Shown here one piece after another: positions 1 through 8,046 of a stretch of DNA of 64,000 nt. Positions within the stretch are counted from its first letter, which is position 1. Each line of letters begins with the position of its first letter. The stretch is taken from positions 4,560 through 68,559 of the IMG/VR virus record IMGVR_UViG_2915597211_000007; one strand, written 5' to 3'. The DNA is from a virus. Taxonomy: Duplodnaviria > Caudoviricetes. The position numbers and the translations under genes were made by a program. The notes under the pieces were generated by a model that searched no databases, had not been told where the DNA came from, and saw only the letters and a list, made by a program, of their open reading frames with translations.

Positions 1-92
1 AACGTGTTCTCATACGTGTGATTGACGAGTGCTGCGACATGTTCCGGTAGTATGAAACCCTTGCCGATTGGATTATTAATTTTTATCGACAT
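1..92 (-). CDS. YolD-like protein, N-terminal part (runs off the window)
   Basis: Manual translation MSIKINNPIGKGFILPEHVAALVNHTYENT; GGAGGGG SD; LPEH motif; typical post-lysis position with an upstream SOS box. Confidence 0.6.
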   Translation of the reverse strand, partial: MSIKINNPIGKGFILPEHVAALVNHTYENT

Positions 93-116
93 GTATTTGT
101 ACCCCTCCGTTATTAC

Positions 117-130
117 CGAACGTTCGTTCC
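117..130. promoter_or_regulatory. LexA/DinR SOS box
   Basis: CGAACGTTCGTTCC fits GAAC-N4-GTTC and lies just downstream of the -10 box of the YolD-like promoter. Confidence 0.75.
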
Positions 131-133
131 TGT

Positions 134-162
134 ATTATGCGCTTACTCCCCGAAATTTTCAA
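134..162 (-). promoter_or_regulatory. SigA-type promoter of the YolD-like gene
   Basis: Minus strand TTGAAA-N17-CATAAT. Confidence 0.6.
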
Positions 163-343
163 TAGGGATTCCGTTCCCTCCGAAAATTTTCCGTACCCGA
201 ACGTAAACAGGTACGGGCAATTCCGGAAATATAAACGCGATCCTGCCGTCTGACATTGAACGTATCTCATACGGAATGCACCGACCGTCGAGCTCGCGGC
301 GGATGGCGGCGGCATCGCGCCAGGGTACAGTGAAATAGAACAC
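143..343 (-). CDS. Small hypothetical protein (66 aa)
   Basis: ORF with AAGGAG SD; no recognised family. Confidence 0.55.
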   Translation of the reverse strand: MFYFTVPWRDAAAIRRELDGRCIPYEIRSMSDGRIAFIFPELPVPVYVRVRKIFGGNGIPIENFGE

Positions 344-393
344 GGAAAATCACGCTCCTTTCGATGAGGTTAGCGTACCACTCCGATTTGGGA

Positions 394-442
394 CAAAAAA
401 ATAACGCCCACCTAACGGACGTAAAATCCGATAAGTGGGCGT
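394..442 (-). terminator. Intrinsic terminator closing the lysis operon and peptide gene
   Basis: ACGCCCAC...GTGGGCGT stem followed by TATTTTTTT on the minus strand. Confidence 0.8.
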
Positions 443-452
443 ATATATTCGA

Positions 453-614
453 TTATCCTACAAGCGATCCAGTTTCGATTGGTCCGAGGTTTCGCATTCC
501 GGTTTCAATCGGACCGTGTACGGACGCTCCCGTTTCGATAGGACCTGCATAAGCTGCTGTCGCTACTGCCATAACCACCACAAAAATTACAAATCCAAAA
601 ATGACCTTTTTCAT
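453..614 (-). CDS. Secreted signalling propeptide with three tandem GPIETG hexapeptides (53 aa)
   Basis: Manual translation MKKVIFGFVIFVVVMAVATAAYA-GPIETG-ASVH-GPIETG-MRNL-GPIETG-SLVG; AAGGAGG SD; Sec signal ending AYA; synonymous codons differ between copies. Confidence 0.9.
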   Translation of the reverse strand: MKKVIFGFVIFVVVMAVATAAYAGPIETGASVHGPIETGMRNLGPIETGSLVG

Positions 615-666
615 ACGTAAATTCCTCCTTAGTGTATTATTACAAGTGTACTGTGCGCGGAAAATA

Positions 667-948
667 TCAGACTTCGTATTTCTCCGTCTTAACTTCTGGT
701 TGCTTCACGCTATCATCCGCAGGCTTCGGACGTACGTAACTGTACGCGCCCGCTGCCGTTAATCCGACGACCGCCGTCGTAAGAATTCCGTCCTTAATCG
801 CGCCATCCGGTGCAAATACGAATAGCGCAGCGAACAACATCGCCGCCACTGGCGCAAACTTACCGGACATGCCGAGTCCTTTCGCTACTCCCGTCAATGC
901 GGCCACAATCGCAGCCAGCGTTGCAATATCGTAAGTGATCGTTTCCAT
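667..948 (-). CDS. Holin
   Basis: 93 aa, three hydrophobic segments, charged C-terminus, adjacent to the endolysin. Confidence 0.8.
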   Translation of the reverse strand: METITYDIATLAAIVAALTGVAKGLGMSGKFAPVAAMLFAALFVFAPDGAIKDGILTTAVVGLTAAGAYSYVRPKPADDSVKQPEVKTEKYEV

Positions 949-2141
949 TAGCGTTTCCCTCCGATATATTTAATCGCGTTCAATACAACGGTCAGCACGA
1001 ACCAGACCGTTGCAGATTCGTTCAGACGCGCCGACCAGTCAGACGTAATCAGACCGAGTGCTCGCGCCTCATCGTGCGCCTTCCGTTTCCACTCTTCGAT
1101 CACAGGCGGCTCCTCCTTCGGAATCTTTCGTAATCCATACGTTTTCTCTAGTCCTCCAACGATTGCGCGCGCCACCTTATCACGGTAGACGTCCGATTTG
1201 AGTAGCGCAGCCTCTTCGCGGTTCGTCATAAATCCGCATTCGCAGAGAATTGCGGTCATTTCCGATTTGCGCAGAACGTAAAAGTCCGCCTGTTTGACTC
1301 CACGATTACGCTGTCCCGTGTGCGCGATAAGCGAAGCCTGTATGTTTGCAGCAAGCTTCCGAGTCGCCTCGTCTGCGGTCGTATACACAAACGTTGTGAT
1401 CCCGTTCGCCTCGTACCAGTCGCCTGGTCCCGCCGCGTCTGCGTGAATAGAAACGTAGACATCCGCGCACCATTTATTCGCGCGGTCAGTCCGTTCACCT
1501 AACGGAACGTCCCGTCCGTCTTCGTGAACGAAAAGCACCGAAACGCCTTCGTAATCTGCGAGGAGATCACGGACACGCTTCGCAACCGCGGAGTTAAAAT
1601 GATACTCGCGCATGCTTCCGTCAGGCGTACGTTTGCCAGGCGTATCCGGTCCGTGTCCTGCGTCAATCGCTACTTTTAACGCCACTTTCCGAGTCACCTC
1701 CGCGTCATATTCGTATAGTCGATATTGCTCGATAACCTTCGTTAACTTTGCGGTATAATTTGGGTCAGTCGCGTAACCAGCCCGCGCTATCTCTGCGCAA
1801 GCCGTCCGCCAGTCTGCGCCGATAACGTTGTGGTAACGCGGTTTCAGTAGGAATTCAGAGTGGTCACGGATAGACTCGTCCCAATCGGTATATTTGCGGA
1901 AGGCTGAACGTTTTTCAGTCCGGACACCATTTACGTACTCGTCCGATACCTTTTCGTAACTGCCCGCTGGTCCTATACCTTTGATTCCGAACAGTGCGTT
2001 CGCACTGACCGCGAGTTCGGACGTACCAGACTTCGATTCTACGATTGCCTGCGCGAGTGTTAGCGATGCGGGCACGCCTGTCCGCCTGTGTTCGTCAACG
2101 GCTATTGGCGCGATTCTTGCGATGAAATCCGTAGTGCTCAT
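948..2141 (-). CDS. Endolysin: GH73 glucosaminidase plus Amidase_3
   Basis: TLAQAIVES...NALFGIKG and GYATDPNY (GH73); IDAGHG, SIHAD and ILCECGFMTN (zinc amidase). Confidence 0.92.
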   Translation of the reverse strand: MSTTDFIARIAPIAVDEHRRTGVPASLTLAQAIVESKSGTSELAVSANALFGIKGIGPAGSYEKVSDEYVNGVRTEKRSAFRKYTDWDESIRDHSEFLLKPRYHNVIGADWRTACAEIARAGYATDPNYTAKLTKVIEQYRLYEYDAEVTRKVALKVAIDAGHGPDTPGKRTPDGSMREYHFNSAVAKRVRDLLADYEGVSVLFVHEDGRDVPLGERTDRANKWCADVYVSIHADAAGPGDWYEANGITTFVYTTADEATRKLAANIQASLIAHTGQRNRGVKQADFYVLRKSEMTAILCECGFMTNREEAALLKSDVYRDKVARAIVGGLEKTYGLRKIPKEEPPVIEEWKRKAHDEARALGLITSDWSARLNESATVWFVLTVVLNAIKYIGGKR

Positions 2142-2145
2142 CGCG

Positions 2146-2337
2146 TCACCTCAGCTTCTCTTTAATTTCGCGAATCTCTCCGATAACAAGATCGTATTTT
2201 TCTGAGAATTTCTCGAGCAGCTCGTTCAGCCGCGTCTCCCTATCGCGTGACTCGCGTTTGGTCGAAATCAACAACCAAACGAAAAGGACCGCGAACGGCC
2301 CTTGCGTTAGAAAGTACTTGAGTACATCAATTTCCAT
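2146..2337 (-). CDS. bhlA: BhlA/UviB-family holin-like peptide
   Basis: MEIDVLKYFLTQGPFAVLFVWLL signature. Confidence 0.85.
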   Translation of the reverse strand: MEIDVLKYFLTQGPFAVLFVWLLISTKRESRDRETRLNELLEKFSEKYDLVIGEIREIKEKLR

Positions 2338-2341
2338 TCGT

Positions 2342-2491
2342 TTACACCGCCTCGTCAGCACAAGTAATATCGGCCAGTTGCGGAAGCTCTAGTTGTCGAA
2401 GCTGCGTCCGTACGTCCTCGCGAATGGTTTTCGGCACATCACAGATCGTTTTGTATCCGCGAACAATCAACGTTGTATAAATCGTTACCAT
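2342..2491 (-). CDS. XkdX/CD1375-like small protein
   Basis: MVTIYTTLIVRGYKTICDVPKTIREDV; probable ATG at 2491. Confidence 0.7.
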   Translation of the reverse strand: MVTIYTTLIVRGYKTICDVPKTIREDVRTQLRQLELPQLADITCADEAV

Positions 2492-2547
2492 TTCCGATCG
2501 ACCTCCGATAAGTTTGAGTAATAGAAAAAGCGCCACCGTCCGCAGAA

Positions 2548-2658
2548 TCATCGCTGATCCTCGTCCAATAGCGCCTGTACTGCCGCTCTATCCGATTGTG
2601 GTACGTCATCGATCGTTTTCAATCCGCGAACAATTAGTCGGTAGTAAACCGTAGGCAT
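2548..2658 (-). CDS. XkdX/CD1375-like small protein, second paralogue (36 aa)
   Basis: Manual translation MPTVYYRLIVRGLKTIDDVPQSDRAAVQALLDEDQR; not in the ORF track. Confidence 0.7.
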   Translation of the reverse strand: MPTVYYRLIVRGLKTIDDVPQSDRAAVQALLDEDQR

Positions 2659-2849
2659 TACGCTGCACCTCCCGTTTTGCTTGCGAGGAGCTCTTCGTAC
2701 ACTTGCGTTAGAGCAAGCATGAGGTCGACATTCTCCTGTTCGAGCTGCGTTATTTTTTCACGGTCAGTCAGTGGACGCTCGCCAGGGTTTACGTCAGTTA
2801 ACGGACCGAATCGGTCTCCGGGTAATCGCGGTCTAAGTTGTGGCATCAT
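2658..2849 (-). CDS. Small tail-region protein (XkdW-like)
   Basis: Coupled stop/start with neighbours; C-terminal LEQENVDLMLALTQVYEEL. Confidence 0.6.
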   Translation of the reverse strand: MMPQLRPRLPGDRFGPLTDVNPGERPLTDREKITQLEQENVDLMLALTQVYEELLASKTGGAA

Positions 2850-4978
2850 CCGATCCCTCCCATTATCTTCTTGATGGCCTTTGTCGATGCGGGGTCAGCG
2901 CGAGTCAGCGTCAATTTCAGCGTTACCTTTGCGCCAGCCGGTGTCGCAGTCCCTACGAACTCATCTTCGTAAATAGTTCCGTCCCCAATCGGCACGCTCG
3001 CATTCTTCGTCATCGCCACGAAAGACTCGGCGGCATTACTCGCTACAATCGAACGCGCTGCGGCAACGGTCAGGTCGCCAGCCTCACGGTTGATCCACGT
3101 GACTATTTCCGCCGTCGTGCCGAGTGGTGGCGTGATCGTATACCGGACGACCGCCGTCTTGACTGGCGTTTGTGTTCCGGACTTTACGAACGTGAGCGTT
3201 TTTGTCTTTGCGGCACCTTTCGTATCAGTCGCGGTAAATACCACTTTGTTTGTACCGTTGGCGAGCGCAGACACAGGAACCACGTACTCGAACGTCGTAC
3301 CGGAAGGGACTCCGGCCTTTAACGGAACTGGCTCGCCACCATTGAACGCGACCGTAAGGTTAACGTTATCGTTCTCCGGGTCCGATACGGTTCCAGTGAA
3401 AACCAGCGTCTCCAATTCGGACAAGCCTGTTCGGTTCGCGTTGTATGCGTCCAGCACGATATTCGGCGGACGGTTAAGAATGACCTTGAATGAGCGTGTA
3501 TATGACGTAGAGGTTCCGCCTTGATCGTCAACCGCGTATGCATTGACGGTATACGTCGTATTCTCTGCGAGTGGTCCGGACACGTCCGTTGCGCCATCGT
3601 AGAGGCGTCCGTTTTGGAACGTCAAGACATTTGAGAACGGAATCGGTGAGACTCCGTCAGAGATTGCAGACGTGATGTTGCGGGCGGTTCCGCCATTGAT
3701 CGCGTATCTTACGGTGACTGCGTTGCCACTGTCGGGGTCGGACGCGGTGCCTGCGAGTGCGTACGTTGCGCCTTCCGTCAATGTTTGATTATCGGAAGGT
3801 GAAGTTAGCGAGAGAGTTGGCGGGTTATTTGTTTTTGGGACGAGAACAAGCGAACGGGAAGCGCCCGGTGCTGCTGAAACGGTTGTAGTAGTCATATCGC
3901 TTGATGTCTGACTTTTATTTGTGTACATGTATCTGAAAGACATCTCAAGTGCATATGAGTTACCGTAAATATCCAATATTTCTCTATAGTTTAATGGGCT
4001 TGTGCTTGAAACCTGACTAACAAAGCCATTTAGTAAAATAAACACCGTTTTATCGTGTGTTGTCGCGGTATTGGGCGGTGCGATTGTTTGTGAGGCTGTC
4101 GATGTAGTCGTGACTTGGCTAGTGTCAATCTGTTTTACATTCCTGAAACAAGTCATGTATGCAAGCCAGTTAACATTTCCGGCTGTATTGGTGAATACAG
4201 GAGGTGTTTCTGTAGCAGAAGCATATTTATAGTACACAGCGAATCTACTTCCAAACGCTACATCGTCAGCTAATTTTGTCCAACTGGAAGGTGTGGTCCC
4301 CAAGGTTCCCGATGTTGCTATGTGTGCTATTAATAAATCACCCAGTTGGTATCCTGTGGGTAGATTTAGTGTAATACTCGAGATTGAGGAAGAGTTGTTG
4401 GTTGTACCTGCCCCAACAAAATCCACTTGCTTTTTGCCTGTTGTCGGGATGGAGTAGTCGATGGTGAGGGTTGGGCGTCTCGCTTCCGTTGAAGCTTCCT
4501 TGGAGCCTACAGATCGTTGAGTATTTGTTCCGACCTCATCTATGTCTTTCAACAGAAAACCGAAGTTCGGACTGCCATTTACCCATTCTTGGACAATTGT
4601 TTTCACATCGACCTGGACAGACGCATCTGCGCTCAATGATGGGAATGATGCTTTTGGAGTTGATTCGAAAGTTGGTTGGTTATTCCAGTTTGTATTCTGA
4701 TCCCACGCACTTGTAATCTTGTGGATGCTTGTTTGTCTGGACACTGCATTTCCAACGTTATACAAATAAAGAGTGGCACTGTTAATGACCGCATTGTTTG
4801 GAATAAGGCCCAGGTCAAAAATCAGCAAGGCCCTTAATTTATCATTCAACCCAGCACTTCCATTACCCCATTGCAGGCTATCGGCGGTACCGTAAGATGA
4901 CGTTGGTGACGCTTGAACAATAAATGTATCTGAAATGGACGTGTTCAATCGTTCTAGTTTAACTACGGGCATGCGCAT
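2846..4978 (-). CDS. Tail fibre/receptor-binding protein with N-terminal DNRLRE (CBM96-like) domain and Ig-like repeats
   Basis: DTFIVQASPTSSYG...RALLIFDL..IP.NAVINSATLYLY; two N.PP-initiated Ig-like modules; position after the baseplate genes. Confidence 0.7.
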   Translation of the reverse strand: MRMPVVKLERLNTSISDTFIVQASPTSSYGTADSLQWGNGSAGLNDKLRALLIFDLGLIPNNAVINSATLYLYNVGNAVSRQTSIHKITSAWDQNTNWNNQPTFESTPKASFPSLSADASVQVDVKTIVQEWVNGSPNFGFLLKDIDEVGTNTQRSVGSKEASTEARRPTLTIDYSIPTTGKKQVDFVGAGTTNNSSSISSITLNLPTGYQLGDLLIAHIATSGTLGTTPSSWTKLADDVAFGSRFAVYYKYASATETPPVFTNTAGNVNWLAYMTCFRNVKQIDTSQVTTTSTASQTIAPPNTATTHDKTVFILLNGFVSQVSSTSPLNYREILDIYGNSYALEMSFRYMYTNKSQTSSDMTTTTVSAAPGASRSLVLVPKTNNPPTLSLTSPSDNQTLTEGATYALAGTASDPDSGNAVTVRYAINGGTARNITSAISDGVSPIPFSNVLTFQNGRLYDGATDVSGPLAENTTYTVNAYAVDDQGGTSTSYTRSFKVILNRPPNIVLDAYNANRTGLSELETLVFTGTVSDPENDNVNLTVAFNGGEPVPLKAGVPSGTTFEYVVPVSALANGTNKVVFTATDTKGAAKTKTLTFVKSGTQTPVKTAVVRYTITPPLGTTAEIVTWINREAGDLTVAAARSIVASNAAESFVAMTKNASVPIGDGTIYEDEFVGTATPAGAKVTLKLTLTRADPASTKAIKKIMGGIG

Positions 4979-5037
4979 CCCCCTTCCTTCCGCAAATGGC
5001 CGTTATCGGCAGGTTCCCTTTTCTGGAATCGCGCATC

Positions 5038-5598
5038 CTACGCCTCCGTTATCGTAATATTGCTCGTTCCCCACGTAGGAAACGCCATCCTCGCGTTAAT
5101 CGCATCCGTCACCGCTGTCGTACGCGCCACGGTCGCCTTCGCCTTATACGCTTTTGTCAGCGCCCCTACCGTCAGCACCTTTCCGGTAATTGCCGTCACC
5201 ATTACGTTCTCAACGTTAACATCGTCGAATACCGTAATCTCCTCGCCAACTGTGAAGCCTGCCGCGTCCCCGACCGTAATAGACGTCGCGCCTACGCTCA
5301 ATGCGGTTGTCGCATACGTAATTGCGTTTTCTAGCGCCGCCGTTACGCGCCCGCCTTGTCCGTCGAGAATATCGTAGAAAATCCCTTTGTTATCCGGATA
5401 GCGAAAGTTAATCTCGTCCGCGATACCCCATCCAACGTCCAATCGTGCGATAAGCAACCGCAATTCTTTGAACTCGGCGCGAGTTAACGCAGCCTCTGCG
5501 TCGATCTTATCGAAGTTTTCGTTGAATTCTGCACGAGACACTCGGTCGGTCCCCGTCCATTTATGAAGCCCAAGAGTGGGCGTTACTGAACTACTCAC
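5038..5598 (-). CDS. Tail fibre/baseplate-associated protein
   Basis: N-terminal TPTLGLHKW.GTDRVSRAEFNENFDKID typical of Bacillota tail-fibre N-termini. Confidence 0.65.
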   Translation of the reverse strand: MSSSVTPTLGLHKWTGTDRVSRAEFNENFDKIDAEAALTRAEFKELRLLIARLDVGWGIADEINFRYPDNKGIFYDILDGQGGRVTAALENAITYATTALSVGATSITVGDAAGFTVGEEITVFDDVNVENVMVTAITGKVLTVGALTKAYKAKATVARTTAVTDAINARMAFPTWGTSNITITEA

Positions 5599-6155
5599 GG
5601 CATGTACACCTCCAATTCATCCCACGTAAACGCGTCCGCCTGATTCCACGTTAGCGTGTCGAACTCGTCCCACACAAACCACGTAAATTCCAGCGTAATA
5701 CCGAGGTGCGCCGGAATCAGTTCGCGCAATTCCTTCCGCACGTCCTCCGCATTCGCCGCCGCTCCTCGTTTACCAACCAGCGTAACCACAACGGACGCAC
5801 CTACGAAGTCTTCTTGCACCTCCGTAGCCGCACCGTAAAGAGTATCCGCCAATTCCCGTACGACTCCGACGGTTACCGTTCCTGCGCCTTGAATGCGCGA
5901 CTTTACGATGGCGCGACGTGCCTCTATCGTCTTCGTTAAATCCGTCTTGATTCCGCAGATACGCTCCCAGCGCGGAAGGTCTCGGTCAGCCGACACAACG
6001 AATACTTGCGCGAGAGTAGTCGCAGCCGCTTCGTTCAGCGCGATCATAACGTCGGCTTGGCGGTCGATTACGTTTAGGATGACGGGGAAGTCATCGTAAT
6101 AACGCGGCATGTAGTCGCGCATGTCCTGCCGAATATTACGCGTATTATCCTGCAA
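5595..6155 (-). CDS. Baseplate wedge protein (DUF2313/YmfQ-like)
   Basis: LPRWERICGI...RR..VKSR and ELIPAHL motifs. Confidence 0.8.
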   Translation of the reverse strand: MQDNTRNIRQDMRDYMPRYYDDFPVILNVIDRQADVMIALNEAAATTLAQVFVVSADRDLPRWERICGIKTDLTKTIEARRAIVKSRIQGAGTVTVGVVRELADTLYGAATEVQEDFVGASVVVTLVGKRGAAANAEDVRKELRELIPAHLGITLEFTWFVWDEFDTLTWNQADAFTWDELEVYMP

Positions 6156-7203
6156 CGAAGTTCACCGTCCTCAAAACCGGAATCGCGTCTCCAACAATTT
6201 CGATGTTGCCCGTTCCGCCGTTAAGCGTCAGGTTCGCGTAATCACGAATGCTCTCGTTATCCAATAAAATCCGCTGAATCGCCGATACGCGTACGACCGG
6301 ATCGCTAAACGCAAGCTCACGGAAATACTCGTTAATCTCAGCGACAATAGCCGTCTGGACCGCGTTAATGTCCGCTCCGCTCGTCAGGTAAAGCGTAGCT
6401 GCTACATCAATTCCGAAGTCAATCGCGCCAATAACGGTCACGTCCGCACCGATCGGCCTCTCCGTCTCGATATGAGCTTTGGTCGCGTCAATCAGCGTTT
6501 GAGACGGGACACCATCGTCCGCAAGAATTACGACCTTTACCGTGAGTGGTCCGTTCCATACCGGATAAACACGGACATCCCGTACGCCAACGACTTCGAG
6601 CGCCCATTTACGGAAGTGATTCGGATTGCCTGACGTGATTGGACGCTGCACGCGCTCGAAGTATTGTTTACGCAAACTATCGTCTGACTCGCGATCCACA
6701 CCGCCGTCAAATTCCGCAATGTTCGTGACGCTAGTGATTCCGGTGATATTTCCGGTCGTCAGTTTGATCGCGCCCGGACCGATGTTTCCGGACGCGCCCG
6801 CCTCCTTCGCCTCTACCGCTACTAGCGCCGTTCCGTTGGATATCGTCGCGTCCGCCGTTGTGACGAAATAAATCGGCGCGTTCCCGTCCGTGGAAACTTC
6901 GGACCCTTTCGGGATTGGTGTACCCTCCGTACCTGCAAACGTGACGAGTCCGGTCGCCTTTACCGCGGGTCGGCGCGTAACGTTGACTGACGCCGCCGTG
7001 CGGTCGAGCCATTCGTCATACGCTGTGTCCGGAAACGCCTTGTCGCTGAACGTATCAAGTTCAACGTAGATTGCCTCCGCCTCGACTGCGGTCGGACCTG
7101 TCAGATCGTATGTAACCGAGCCGGGCCGCTTATCGATATCCGAAGGACTTGCGTCAAGCATCCGTTGGTGAATCGTCTCTTTCGTTTCATTTTCGTAAGC
7201 CAC
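6145..7203 (-). CDS. Baseplate J-like protein (XkdT family)
   Basis: RRPAVKATG.VTF.G..G, GGVDRESDDSLR and W.G..TVKV motifs. Confidence 0.9.
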   Translation of the reverse strand: MAYENETKETIHQRMLDASPSDIDKRPGSVTYDLTGPTAVEAEAIYVELDTFSDKAFPDTAYDEWLDRTAASVNVTRRPAVKATGLVTFAGTEGTPIPKGSEVSTDGNAPIYFVTTADATISNGTALVAVEAKEAGASGNIGPGAIKLTTGNITGITSVTNIAEFDGGVDRESDDSLRKQYFERVQRPITSGNPNHFRKWALEVVGVRDVRVYPVWNGPLTVKVVILADDGVPSQTLIDATKAHIETERPIGADVTVIGAIDFGIDVAATLYLTSGADINAVQTAIVAEINEYFRELAFSDPVVRVSAIQRILLDNESIRDYANLTLNGGTGNIEIVGDAIPVLRTVNFVAG

Positions 7204-7205
7204 GT

Positions 7206-7622
7206 CTATACCGCCACCTCCTCGCGTAACGTCCCTTCCGCTGTGTCAGCGAAAAAAGAGACGTACAGGCCGTCTCCTTCGCGTGATAGCGTGAAATTGT
7301 AAACATCAGTAATCCGGTCGTCGACGAGAAGAGCCTCGCTGATGACGCGCGGGATTTCCGCGTTCAACAGCTCGATCGGCAAGTCCTGTCCGATCAAGTC
7401 TTCGAGCTCACATCCGTACAGGTGCTCGAAGCCATAAATCAAGTACCGGAACCGCGCGGTCACAATCGCTTTCCGTATCGCCTGCCGAATTGCGGACTCG
7501 CCGTCAATCATTCCGCCAACTTCGCCCGTATCGAAATTTAGCGCGTACGTACGGGATGGTTGCGGAGTTGGCATGACTTCGACCGCGCGTTCCTCCGATG
7601 GCCTAAGTGGACTCAACGCCAT
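7206..7622 (-). CDS. Baseplate protein DUF2634 (XkdS-like)
   Basis: AIRQAIRKAI.T.RFRYLIY...YGCELE and EALLVDDRI motifs. Confidence 0.85.
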   Translation of the reverse strand: MALSPLRPSEERAVEVMPTPQPSRTYALNFDTGEVGGMIDGESAIRQAIRKAIVTARFRYLIYGFEHLYGCELEDLIGQDLPIELLNAEIPRVISEALLVDDRITDVYNFTLSREGDGLYVSFFADTAEGTLREEVAV

Positions 7623-8046
7623 ATTGCCTCACCCTATCGTGTATAACATATGTTTGACCGTCGTTCATCGACGAGACGAGGACGCGGTCACCCGGCTTGA
7701 GAACATCCTCAAACTGGAACTCGATATACGAGAGCTTTCGATACTGGTCGCCGTCTGAATCGTGATCTTTTGGAAATGGTACGATATCTCCGACATCGCG
7801 CGCCACGCCTTCCTCGTGCGTTATCGTTACAATGCGTGTGTGCCGCGTCAGATGTTCGCAAACTACGAGATCGCCCGCGTCCAGCTCAATCGTCATATTA
7901 TCGATCTTGATACGGAGTTCGGGCGGAGGCGCGATAACGGTAGCGAGTTCGAGCTTGTCAAAATCGTTGCGCCCGATTGTGCGAATAAGTTGCGTCAATT
8001 GACTTGCGCTAGAACCTTCAAGTCTACCCGAAGATTTAGTCGACAC
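7603..8046 (-). CDS. Baseplate protein DUF2577 (XkdR-like)
   Basis: ATVI...PELRIK and LKPGDRVLV motifs; probable GTG start at 8046 (ORF track 8130). Confidence 0.75.
   Translation of the reverse strand: MSTKSSGRLEGSSASQLTQLIRTIGRNDFDKLELATVIAPPPELRIKIDNMTIELDAGDLVVCEHLTRHTRIVTITHEEGVARDVGDIVPFPKDHDSDGDQYRKLSYIEFQFEDVLKPGDRVLVSSMNDGQTYVIHDRVRQYGVEST

Noticed and set aside
468-545. 18-bp repeats with 12-bp spacers as a mini CRISPR array
   Set aside because: Repeats vary at third codon positions, spacers are too short, and there are no cas genes; this is a coding repeat
364-620. Plus-strand ORFs 364-552 (PVSIGP repeats) and 435-620
   Set aside because: Antisense shadows of the GPIETG propeptide; the minus frame has the SD, signal peptide and terminator
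2846-5598. Diversity-generating retroelement or invertible tail-fibre cassette
   Set aside because: No reverse transcriptase, template/variable repeat pair, invertase or flanking inverted repeats found
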